From Monocercomonoides exilis PA203 (Eukaryota > Protista > Preaxostyla): a DNA stretch of 64,000 nt. The notes beneath the pieces were generated by a model. That model searched no databases, was not told where the DNA came from, and worked only from the letters and a program-made list of their open reading frames with translations. The stretch is from positions 682,001 to 746,000 of the forward strand of contig LSRY02000022.1 in NCBI GenBank assembly GCA_001643675.2, written 5' to 3'. Positions 36,445-48,300 of the stretch are shown in pieces. Position 1 is the first letter of the stretch; each line of letters opens with the position of its first letter. The translations under genes and the position numbers were made by a program.

Positions 36445-39400
36445 TAAGCATCTGCGTCACATGCCTTTTGACGTGAACATTTTTGGAGTGACGTGACGTG
36501 ACAGAAAAAAACTTTTTGACACTCATTTTTTTTTTTTTTTTGAATTCCACATATGTGAAAAAAATGAAAATAATATTTACAATAAATATATATTTAAATT
36601 TTATTTTATATGATTAGCACATGATAATAATTATTTTTTTTACTTTTTCAAATTCATTTTCAAATTGAAATTGCGTAATGGGTTGTGTCGTGATCATTTT
36701 TAATGGTATAAATACCGCGGCATTCACGTCACTGTCTGTCACTGACGTGATTTAAATCAATAGTCCATTTTTTCAAATGTTTGTGTTTTTATCTTGTTTG
36801 TATGTCTTTATTAAAATTTTTATCTTGTTAAAATTCTTTTGTTTATTGTTTATGAATTATTTTTATTTTTTCGATTTTTCTTATATTTTTTCTTACTCAT
36901 TTCTATCGTTAAAGAATGTGCTTCATATGGATATGAAGCAGACAAAAGATACGCTTATTAGAACTCAAACAATGGTAGAAGTTGAGAGGTTAAGCGAAAG
37001 ATATGAATGGCTGGGAGAGGTGGATTGCGTGTGTGAGAATAAGCGTGGAGTGGTGGATATTTATCAGCAGGCAGGGAACGTCGAAAAGTGCAGAGCAGCA
37101 GTAGGGTTGGTGGAGATGGAGTTGCAGTTTCTGGTGTTTTCGATGAAATATGAAAATTGGAATAGGAGATTTGGGAAGAAAGGGGGATGTGTGGGTGGTT
37201 GAGGAGTTTATGGAGAGAGGGACGGTGTAAAGCTAGAGAAACAGGAAGAGATCAGAGGGTGGAGGGTGAATGTTTTGGAAACAAGCTCAGCATTGAGCTG
37301 AACTCAAGCTTAACGAGCAAGAGTGGGCAATGCAGGATTGTGTCGCAGCAGGCGTAGTCGGAGTGTGTTTCCGTTTCGCGCTACAAAACTTCAGTGGGAC
37401 AACAACCTGGTGGCAGAAGCGGATCGAGTTTGAAATGAGGAAGCTGGAGCAATGCCGGCTGCTTTCCTCATGATTGTGTTCAGAGCCTCCAGAAACGAGT
37501 GAGTGAGGAAATACCAATTTAAATTCTCAGGGCAGAACGCAGAGCAGCTTGTGTATTGGAGGACAGAATGAGTGGCGATTAAGGAGAGCAGAACAAAAGA
37601 TGAGGTCTCGGAGCGGGTGGTGTATTCGAGCGAGGAGCTGTTTGTTAAGAAGTGATTAAGTGAGGAACGAGAGATGAGGGCAGGAGGGGAGAAATAAGAG
37701 GAAGAAGCATGAAGAGTGGGAAATCGAGCGAAACATGAGAATGAGGGAGCCAGAGCATGCACAGAGGATGGAAGAGGAGAGGAGGCAAGAAGAAAACAAA
37801 ATGAAGGAGGATGAAGGGGAGCGTGTTGAGGAAGAGCCATCAGCGCGGGAGAAGGAGGAGGATAGAAGAGGATCGGACAGTTGCAGAGGCAGTTCAGTAT
37901 CGGGAAGAAGGGGTCATAGTTGTGCTAATGTGGAAGAGTGATTGGAGGAGTGGGCAGCAAAGTTGGAACTGCTGGAGTTGAGCATGAAAAATAATAGAGA
38001 GAAGAGGAGGAGAGAAAGAGGATGGAGGAAGAAAAAGAAGAAGCGATGGGGGAGGAGTGGGGAGCGGATGCAGAAGTGAGAGCGCAGCGAGAACGAGAAG
38101 AGCTGGAAGAGTTGAAAGAGATGAGAAGGAGAGAAGAAGAAGCCGAGACAGAAGCCAAATATGAAACTGAAAAAAGCAGAGGAGCAAAGAATGGCAGAGG
38201 AGGATGAGGAGAAGGAAATGAAGAGACTTGAAAAAGAAAAGGGAAAAGAAGAAAAGGAAAAGAGGGACGAGTAAACAAGGGCAATTTTTAAGTTGCGGAG
38301 AAGGTGGAAAGAAGGAAAAAAAAGAGAAGAAGAAGTGGATGGAGATGGGGATAAGGAGCCAAAAGAGGCGTAGCACTGGAGAAAAAGAATTCGAGAGGGT
38401 GTGGTGAATAAAAAAGGATACCAAATATCTACATAAGAATTGATTGCGTTTGGTCTTGCCAATATTATTATCATGGATTGAATAATTATAGAAATAACCA
38501 TGGCCGTGGTTGCTGATATTTTTTTCTGCAGAAATTTTTTGAAATAATTTCTGACCACTTTTTCAAGCAATTTCAGTTTGCTATTGAAAATAGATATTTG
38601 TTGGATCAAAGTTTTTCTCTCGCTCTTCAGTTTTTGCTTTTGTTGTTTTAGCACTTGGCGTGGAAGACAATTTGATGTGCTTTCGCATGCAGAGCATATT
38701 TTTTTGCCTTTTGCAAAAAGAGAAAAAAAGTAGAAAATGAAATGATCTTTAATTTAATGTGTATTTATTATTTGCTTTTAACATATACACAAAAGAAAGA
38801 ATTATTTTTCATATTCATAAGTAGTTATTCCTTGATTAAATTCTATTCAAAAATTACGAGAAAAATGATTTTTCTTGAAAAAACAAACTATTCAAAAAAA
38901 AAAAAATTAATTTTCTTAAGAAAATGTTAAAAACATAACTAAAGATCATAAAAGATGTCTATTGAAGATAAAATTTTTTTGCACATAAAAATGCAATCAA
39001 GTTTTATTCTTTTCAAAAATGAATGTGAATAAAATTGCAAAAAAGAAAACAATTCTTCAAAAACATTAACAAACAAATTGCTCAATTTGTTTGTTTATTT
39101 GTTGTGAAACTTATTTCTTTTGTGAAAGAGAAAAAGAGAACTGAGATGAAATAACATTAAATTAAGGTTTGTTATTGATAAATGGGGAAAAATTCTTTCA
39201 TTAATGAAATAAACAACGATTTGTTCCAAACTTTTTCTCATATCGAATAATTGTTATTCTGTATTTCCCATATCAAAAAAATACATCAAAATTCTAAAAT
39301 TGAGTTTAATATTTGTTTGAGAAGGATAGAACAAAATTCAGAAAGCAAAAAATTTCGTCCCAAATGTATTTGTATTTTTTTCAATAAAATATTTTGTTGG

Positions 39401-39559
39401 GAAGAGTTTTGTTCAAAACTTTATTTTGTTTTCAAATAGTTAAAGCATAACAAAACAAAACAAAACAAAACAAACACAAAAAAAAAAAAAAAAAAAAAAA
39501 AAAAGTGCCTGACACTGACTGACGTGGACTGACATTTATGAAGGTGACGCAGATGTTTA
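36445..39559. mobile_element. 3.1-kb TIR element with 16-bp TIRs, imperfect 8-bp TSD and degenerate cargo
   Basis: TAAGCATCTGCGTCAC...GTGACGCAGATGTTTA. Flanks ATAAATAT / TTAAATAT. TGACGTG and CACTGAC subterminal repeats occur at both ends. Confidence 0.6.
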
Positions 39560-39646
39560 TTAAATATTGATTATTAATCTTTATGTGTTATGATTTTTCG
39601 GCAAATTCGAACTGATTAAAAGGATCAAAAAAATTTTTGTTGAGGG

Positions 39647-39735
39647 ATTAATTGGAATAAACTTGGTCTTTCTGGAATAAACTTTGGTTATTCGGATTAT
39701 TATTTTTATTTCAATAAAATTTTCTTATTCCAATA
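39647..39735. repeat. Second TTATTCGGAATAA-like array
   Basis: TTAATTGGAATAAACT..GTCTTT..GGAATAA is shared with 33670-33703. Confidence 0.5.
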
Positions 39736-40617
39736 CCATCTATTTGGAAAAGAGTTAGCATAATTTATATTTTTGTTGATCAATCAATTTTTTATAAGTG
39801 TGTAATTTGTTTTACAAACATTTAAGATATAAAACATATATGTCTACATTAATAAAATATGAAATAATAAATATTGTTGCTGCGATTATGTTGTGCGACA
39901 ATTTATTTACCTCATAATTAATATTTTCGAAATCTTCTTTTTCATTATGAAAAAGTGAGTTTATTTGAAAAAACTCAAGATGAGACCTTCAAGAAGCATG
40001 ACGATGATTCAAAGCCCGATCTTGTACTTGAGGGTCTTTGCGAGACTCTTTTGAAAGTTTGATTTTTACTGTTTGTTAATATTTAGTAGTTTGCGAATTT
40101 AAAAAGCAACTTAACGATTTAAAGCCTATTCCTCCAAATGATCCACGTGAATCTTTTGAATTTTCAGAATCTGTTTCAAGTGGTAGTTAAATTGTCTTCA
40201 TTTCTATTCATGCATTTCTAACAAAAATAAAATACGTCAAAACAATATTTTTGAATAAATAGATGTTATTTATAACTTTTTTGCGTTTTGTATCCGAGTA
40301 TAAGTTTTTATTTTTTATTTTATAACTTATTACACTTTTTTTAAATCGTTTTCTTCATTAATTAAAAACAACGATAAATTCGAGAAATATAAATACGAAA
40401 GTGCAGCACAAATATATTATACATTTGTTATTATTATTATTATTAATTTGGGAATTATTAATCACATTATTTGTGATTAAAAGATATTATTTTTCCACAA
40501 ACTGTTTTGATAAATATCAATAAAATTTTGCACAAATGTAATAATTGCATATTGTTATGAACACAGATGTTATCAAATATCCTTTTTCATCAGTATTTCA
40601 AAAAGGACAGAATATAA

Positions 40618-41061
40618 TTCATCACCTTCTGCTTCTTCGATGGCAACACTGCAACAAATGGAAGAGGAAATGATGTGTTCTTCAGTAAAAATGCCATTAC
40701 TCAATCTCCGTTTGAGAATTGTGGATCAACAACTCCAACAAAAAGAGTGTGGAATAATGGAACTGCAGATAGCGGTGTGTACAATGGCTGGCTTCCAATC
40801 ATCAACCAGAACAAAATAGTTGCGAATGGTGGAAGTGATGTCGATGCATGTGGCAAAACACAGCAAAGCTCCTGTGCCACGGTGGAGTATGCCATCGGAT
40901 GCGTTGCTCCCTTCGGTTATGCTTCCCTCTCTCTTCTCGTTTCCACTTTCACTCTCACAAAAGCTTTCAAATCCCGTGCTCAAAATACAACAATCACAGA
41001 AAATGGAACAATTGACACAACTATTTCCTCCAGTTGCTTTAATCAGCAAAGGTCATTTTGA
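40618..41061 (+). pseudogene. Fragment of the surface-protein family
   Basis: NGRGNDV...KRVWNNGTADSGVYNGWLP...DACG...CATVEYA closely parallels ORF 11239-12276. Confidence 0.65.
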
Positions 41062-41486
41062 TTATTTTCTGATTCCTTTTCCTTGATATCTTCTCTCTCA
41101 ACTTTTGAATCTCATTTTCCTCCCTTCCCAATCCTTTCACTCAATTTTTTTCTGTTAATAAAAGACATTTCATCTTCAACAGAAATCCAGGAATGGAAGA
41201 TGCAGAATTCAAAATAAAAACATAGGAAAATGAATGGAAATGACAATGTTTTTGTTGAATATTTCAAATAATTCTCAAAAATTAACACAAATTGGAACAA
41301 TACAAAAAATGAAAACACATCAAATGAATTAGTTTCCGTTTATTTGTTCTCGCTTTATGAAGGAACAAAATATATCATTTGAATAATACATAACATTTCT
41401 TTCCAAAAAATATGAATTGTTGATTTGAAAATTATTCCTATGGTTACGATTATCGATCATTTTTTTTGAATACATTTTTGTTCTGA

Positions 41487-42761
41487 ATGCTTGATTCTGA
41501 CACAACTTATTTGATAGTAAATCAAAACGTTTCAAAAGGGAATCTTCTTCTCGATGATAACGAACAGCAACAGAATACTCAGGCAGTCAAAAAAAAATCT
41601 TATTCTTCTCGAAACATTTTTCTTGATTCATTAAAAAGTATTTCATCATTTCTTGTTGTAATGACGCACACCGTATTTTTTGATAAAACAACTTTGAAGG
41701 AGTATTCTGAAGAAGAGGCATATAAGTGGTTTGTGAACGCATTTTACACATCATTTGTTAGATGTGCAAACGCTTTATTTATGATGGTGACAGGAATTCT
41801 TATTCTTCATCCAAAACATTTGCATGATTCTCCTTTTGTCTCAATGAAAATGTTTGCTAAGAGATCACTAAATTATTTGGTGTGGGGCTTTTTGTACTAT
41901 CTGAAATATATGATGGATTTAAACTGGAAAGGCAATGTCAAAAAATCGTTTTACAAATCAGTGCTGTATATAATTGATGGTGGTGCTTCATTCTGGTACT
42001 TATACACATTACTGTTTATTCATCTTGCAACTCCATTCTTTCAGGCTGGTCTGAGAACAATTACTCGACTATCATACGAGTATTGCTTGATTTCATATTT
42101 TGTTATGTATCAAGGATTAAATGGTTTGCGGTTGCTGATTGATGGTTGGGGAAAAGGAACAAATTTTTCAAGCATGACATTTTATCTTTTAGCAGGTCCA
42201 TTTGTTTATGGATTTGCCGAAAAGGTTTCTCATCCTGAGCAAATATCTGGTTATCAGTTCGTTGAAGATAAAGAAGGAATTTTAAAATGGTTTACGAACA
42301 TTAATTGGAAAAAGCCTTGGGCAAGAGTTACAACATTTTTTGTGTTCATCGGAACTGTTTCGTTTATGTATTTGCTTTGGTCATATCGCGAATTATCGGG
42401 ACTTCCAAATGGACCATTTTTACTGCTTGATCATTGTCCATTTAACACAGTCGCCACTTTGTCCTTTTTCTTGTTCATGTATGGAAGCCTGTCTGATTGG
42501 CAACCAACTTCAAAACCAGGGAAGCTTCTGTATTGGTTTTTTTCTTCGACAGGATCTTGCACAATGGGTATTTATATGCTGAACGTACATGTGTTGTATC
42601 GGGTAATCCATGTTTACTTCCCAAAATGGCTTGGAAGAGGGTTGGATAGCTTCAATCCTTTTTGGTTTGCACTTCTGATTGGGGCAGGTGTTTATTTGGT
42701 GTGCTGGGTGATCACGTTGTTTGCAAAGAAGATTCCTGGCGTCAGGTTTTTCTTTCAGTAG
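41487..42761 (+). CDS. Acyltransferase-3 family (OafA/WecH-like) polytopic membrane O-acyltransferase
   Basis: R(x)xxLDSLKSISSFLVVMTH, ALFMMVTG, FWYLYTL and MGIYML motifs. About 10 hydrophobic helices. Intronless, 424 aa. Confidence 0.85.
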   Translation: MLDSDTTYLIVNQNVSKGNLLLDDNEQQQNTQAVKKKSYSSRNIFLDSLKSISSFLVVMTHTVFFDKTTLKEYSEEEAYKWFVNAFYTSFVRCANALFMMVTGILILHPKHLHDSPFVSMKMFAKRSLNYLVWGFLYYLKYMMDLNWKGNVKKSFYKSVLYIIDGGASFWYLYTLLFIHLATPFFQAGLRTITRLSYEYCLISYFVMYQGLNGLRLLIDGWGKGTNFSSMTFYLLAGPFVYGFAEKVSHPEQISGYQFVEDKEGILKWFTNINWKKPWARVTTFFVFIGTVSFMYLLWSYRELSGLPNGPFLLLDHCPFNTVATLSFFLFMYGSLSDWQPTSKPGKLLYWFFSSTGSCTMGIYMLNVHVLYRVIHVYFPKWLGRGLDSFNPFWFALLIGAGVYLVCWVITLFAKKIPGVRFFFQ

Positions 42762-44558
42762 CCAATTGTTTCAGTTCAAAAAGGGCAAGGTGAAATTTTT
42801 CAACTCATGTTTTGTTGGTTGGTATTGATTATTTTCGATTTGTTTATCTTAAGAATTTTCCTTTTATTCTTCAATCTTTTTTTCGATAATTGTGAATTGC
42901 ATTATTCCTTTTAGTGTGTGTTGTTCTATTGATTTTTTTGATGAAAATGAAAATTTCTTATCATTTCCACAAAAGAATTTCATTCTTTTTCATCAATCAT
43001 TGTGAAATTTTACAAATTATATTTTACAGACTTAATAATACTTTATTAGACCTATTTCCGTTTGTTTTTGTCATTTGGTATTTGTTTCAGCTGAAGTCAA
43101 AAAGTTGAACAAAAAAACAAAAAGTGCAGATCTTTTACAAAAATATTAAGTCATTTTGAATAGATACTCTTCTGGATTACGATCACTGTTTTTGATAGTT
43201 TTTTCTTTTCAAATTCTTTATAAGTTTTTCATTAAATTATATCTTTCCAAGAATATTTGAATCATTGTTTTTTCGATTTAGCTGAAAAATGCGAAATATT
43301 CATAAAGAAATTTTCGTAAAATTCAATGCTAATCATTAATAATTATTCAAACAATAAAAACACTGAATCCTTGGATAAATCTCATTCTTTTGATTTTTCT
43401 TAACTCAATTGAAGTTTCATAATGGAATGATTACAACAGATTAAAAAAACATAAATCAAGATAATAAAGTCAAAAAAAATTCATTGAAGAATGTTAGTGT
43501 GCATTATCGTGCAAAATTATGCTTTTCCATAAGAATTTTGTTTTTATTCAACGAAAACGATCAAACAAAAACTGTTTATCATAAAAAATCAAATCAAAAA
43601 CAATAAATCAATTGTATGAACGTTTTTCAAAAGAAAGCGAATGAAAATAATGAAAGAATATGAGTGGACTTAACATTTATAATTGCAAATTAGTTTAAAA
43701 TTTTCGCTGGGCATTGTTAAAAGCTATTAAACCCATAACCAATTTGAAAAAACCCGAATCGATTAACATTGACAGATTGAAAACAGACAAAGAAAAAATA
43801 GAAAATGGAAGAATAAACAGTACATTTAAAAATATATAAAAACATACAATTTGTTCACTGGAAACAAAGCAAACTTAGAAATTTAATGATCAAAGTTAGT
43901 ATATTACTTTTTATATATTGATCAAATAAAAGATTGACTTATTTTCAAAATGATTGAGTCATTTGCTATTAGTTGAATAAAATTATTTATGATTTCTTTT
44001 TTTCGTAATGATTTAATAATTCTCAAATTCGTCAATTGTGCATTTTATGATTCATCATTTTTTTTTGTTTTTGAATAAATGGGAATGTGAAGTTAGTTTT
44101 TGTTACTCACATTTTTTTTAAAAAAGAATGAGATTCTTTTTTTAACTAGTGACGGATGAGGTAAAATATGATTTGTCAAATCAGACAGCCTTTGTATTTA
44201 ACAAAAAATTTTTTGAAATTTTCAAAAAAATAAAAAGGTATTTTTTTTAGTAAATTTTATTTTTTCAAAAAAAATCATCATTTATGCAGTGTTAATAATA
44301 AAAATTTTATTGCTTGAAATTTTATTTGAAAAACATTTATGAATAGTCTTGACATTTGTAGCAATCTTTTCTCATCAGTTTTAGCTTTTTGAATTGCAAA
44401 TATGTATTTATTAGTGTCATGAGATAAATTTCCTGAATATTTAATAATTATTCTTGCAGCATATGTTTGATTAACAAAGATGTTTGTATTTGTTGATTAT
44501 CTTGCTTTCAGGTTGTATTTCCGCGTTTTTCAGATATTCAGAATAATTTATGAACAAA

Positions 44559-44842
44559 ATGAGCGAAACAAACAATTTTAAAAGAGCGAAAGAAGAAGAA
44601 AATCTTTTTGACTTTGTTGATAATAATGAAGAAGGAGAAAACGAATTTGATGGCTACGATGTTGAAGAATTCAGATTAGAGCTTACAGAAAAGTTTGCAA
44701 GTTTGCGGCTTTTTCCTCTTGATTAATTTTTCTATGATTCGAATATTTTTTATGCTTTTTAAAGAATTTCTTTCTGAACTGGGAAATTGCACAAATGATG
44801 AACAGAAACAGAAAATTGAAGAAATGAATGGACTAGTGGGTA
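44559..44842 (+). pseudogene. 5' part of a lineage-specific helical family gene, interrupted by the foldback+DIRS insertion
   Basis: MSETNNF... exon, GT..AG intron, then EFLSELGNCTNDEQKQKIEEMNGLVG, paralogous to 53909-54439. Continues at 50403. Confidence 0.75.
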
Positions 44843-45265
44843 GTGTCATATTTTTATTAGTACCCCGTTTTTTATAAGATCCTAAATTTTTTTATCTCAT
44901 ATTGCTTCACATAGAAGCTTTCATTCAATAAAAAAAATTGTAAAACAAATAATATATTATTAAAATGTTGTATACTAATTTTTTTTGAAAATTATTTCTT
45001 TGAAAAAAAGATCTGAATTTTTTTAGTTTTATTTTTTAGAAAAGAAAAACGATATTCAATTCCTTCTCTTTTATTTGAGATCACGATCAATGGGTCATCG
45101 CCCAGGATCAATGTGGTAGTGATGTGAGGGTTTATGCATTTGTTTGAAAAATCAAAACTTTGCGTTTTTAAAAACAAATTAACGCTAAGAAAAGGAATTG
45201 TGGAACACAAGACAATGTAAAAAACTTATATAAAAGAGGGGTTGGGAGTGAAAACGGTGGTGGGA

Positions 45266-45372
45266 AAAAGAGAAGGAATTGAATATCGTTTTTCTTTTCT
45301 AATAAAAGTGCATAAGCACCTTTATTTTCAAGAAAAACATCCATTCAATTCCTTCTCTTTTATTTGAGATCA
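45266..45372. repeat. DIRS internal complementary region (ICR)
   Basis: 45266-45300 is the reverse complement of 45038-45072, and 45301-45372 is the reverse complement of 49543-49614. Confidence 0.93.
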
Positions 45373-45376
45373 AATG

Positions 45377-48300
45377 TTAGTTGGGAATTTCTGATACCAT
45401 CATGACTACAGCTTTTGACACTTTCCATTCCTTCTGAATTTTTTCTTTCTTTGATTGAGCTCTTGTTCTGATAATAAACCTTTTGTCATATTTTGTATCC
45501 TCTTTTTCCTCTTCCTTTGGTTCTTCAATCTTCGAAGGCATTATTGCTTGGGAGTCGTCGGAAGCTTGGATTTTTTCGTTTCTTTTACTCATATTGTACT
45601 GCTTCTTCACAATTGCAACCTTCTTTTCATCCTTGTTCTGGCTTTCTTTCCTTCCTTTCTGTTCGACTTTTTCAGCGCGCTGTGCCTGCTTTGTCGATAT
45701 TTCTGGTGATGAAGCAATCACCTTGCCCATTGCTGAAGCCAAATCCGCCCTGAAGTAATGTTTAACCAATGTGTTTGTTTGTGGCGAAAGACGAGCAAAC
45801 TTTGCAATCTGCACTGGAGGAATACCTGCCATTGTCAAAGCCGAAATTGAGGCTGCCTTGATTGAGTATGGAGTAAATGTGTCTGGTATCCCGGCGTTGG
45901 TCAGTGCTTCCTTGGCAAGCTTGCGAATCCCTCCTGCTGTCAATGGGGCAAAAGTGTTTGTATTAAGAAGCAGACTGTTTGTGTTTGGGTTAGCTTGTTT
46001 TACTCTCTCCCACAAGGTCTTAATCGCGATAGCAGGACAAATAAGTGGCAAGTCTGATAAATACGGAACGGCAATCTCTGTGCGTGTCTCCGAAGTCTTC
46101 AGTCTCGTGTCAAGATATATTCCTTCTTCTTTAAACCTTGAATTTCTCATGTCTATTCTCTCAAGCTCTGTAAATCTGCAGGCTGAAAATAACATTGTTA
46201 ACACAATCACCTTTATTGTCAGTTGCTTAAAGCTCAATGTCTCATTCGGTCCCTGATCTGCGAAATATTTCAACAACGTCTGTGGGTTCCAAATTTCTCT
46301 GTTTTCTTTTCTCTTTGATCTGTTTGTTCTTCTGAACGCTCTGAATAGCATCTTAATGAGTGGGATATCACCTAAGCACGTATTGAAAACGAGACTGGAA
46401 TAAAAAGAAACTGCAGCTCTTGTTATCTGCAGGCACGTGAGCGACATTCCGCCATTTCTAAGGGATAAAAATACATTAGCGCAATTTGATGCCCAATCGA
46501 ATATATTGTCTGGTATTTCTTTGTGGCCACATTCCTTCCATTGCTTTCCAAAATGTGCAAAGCCAAAGAGGTATCCTTTCCACGTTGTCTCCGCTATTCC
46601 CTTGTGGCACTCTTCTGCAAGATCTGTTGCGAAAGCTTTCTGCTCCAAAGCGCGTTTCCACCATTCTTCTCCGTCACGCTGTATGGATTCAACAACACGA
46701 TCCTCAACCGTCCTGGAGGAAGACTGGCATTCGTCCATTGCATTGAAGGGCCTTTCTGTAACACTTCCTTTTGCAGCTTCCAGTCCCAGCTCCTGTGTGG
46801 TATCGACTTCAAAAGAGTGTCCCAGTTCTGGCCTCTCCAGTTCGGCAGGAGTAAGATCACTTGTGCTTTCATCCTTTTCGCTTTCTGAATCGTTGATACA
46901 ATCAGCGGCACAGGAGGGTGAGCCAAAACAACTTCGTCTTTCCATGGAACCATGAGACCATCCTCTGCAATCGGACTGTTGATGCCACACCATCTCTCCA
47001 ACTTGTGATTGTGACTTGCTGCAAACGCATCCAGTGTCGGTGTCCTCTGAGCTATCTTCAGAATCTCCAGCAGCTCTTCTGCTCGCACATCGTAATCCCC
47101 TGCTCTCTCTAGTCTTGACAGAGCGTCTGCCCTTGTGTTCTTGATGCCTGGGATGTGTGTGGCTCTCATCTCTATATGTGTTTCTTCCTTCCATCTCCAT
47201 ATCTTTCTCAGTACGGGTCTCAAGTTCTTTCCTGCATTCCATCTGTTTATATTGTAGACAACAGCTGTATTGTCCGATCTCAGATGCAGTCGACTGATTC
47301 CGTTCCTCTGGAGCGCTGGGCCAAAATGGTTGAGAGCTAACCACACCGCCATTAACTCCCTGTAATTCGATGACTGTTTCGCAAGTTGATGTGGAAACCG
47401 ATTGTGTGCGTCTAACAGTTGATTGTTGATTGACAGCGTAGCCCCCCACGCCACTTCCGATGCATCTGTTGTAATCACTGCCTGTGGGACAAACACTGGA
47501 ATTAGCTTGCGTTGAGGGCGTGATTTCAATATCTTCCTCCATTGCAGAATCTGTTGGATAATGGATGCGTTGATTCTCATCTGTCCGCTCCATCCTTGCA
47601 ACTCCAATCCTTTTTGTAAGAGGCGATACATGGAATGCAGCCATAGGGAAGTGTCTTGCTGAACGAAACGGATTGCGCTGAGTTTTCCAATGAACGAGGC
47701 GAAATCTCTTATTCTCACCTTCTTGGCTTTCACTGCTTTCACTTTCCATTTGTCCACTTCTTTCATCAATGCAATTCTTCTGTCTTCCTTCAACTGAACC
47801 TCCATTATTTCCGTGTTCCATCTGTATCCGAGGTAAACAAACTCTCTGCTGGCAGATAGGTGGCTTTTTTCCTTGTTCACTAGCAGCCCAAGTGACTCCA
47901 AAAACTGCACAATCTCTTCCGTAATTCTTCTTAAATGCATTTGATCTTGATGTAATATTAGCAGGTCGTCCAAATACGCAACAAGCCTCACATGCCATCT
48001 TCTTCTTATTTCCTTCGTCACTTTCCTCATCACATGCGTGAATATTCTGGGTGCATCTACGAATCCGAAAGGCATTCCTTTGAATACGTAATCTTTTCCG
48101 AGAAATCTGAAAGCGAGATATGGTTTGAGATTCTCTGAAACTGGGAGAAGATAATATGCCTGATGAAGGTCTATCGTCACTGCCCAATCTTCTTTCAGTA
48201 ATATTCTCTCCACTGTTCTCTCGCTGTCGCATTTGAAATGCGTTCTGAGGACCGCTGCATTCAAACGACGACAGTCTAAGATCTGCCTCCATGTTCCGTT

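Noticed and set aside
45455-47859. Plus-strand ORFs antisense to the DIRS ORFs (and minus-strand ORFs within the Helitron)
   Set aside because: Antisense shadows of long coding regions, with no motifs.
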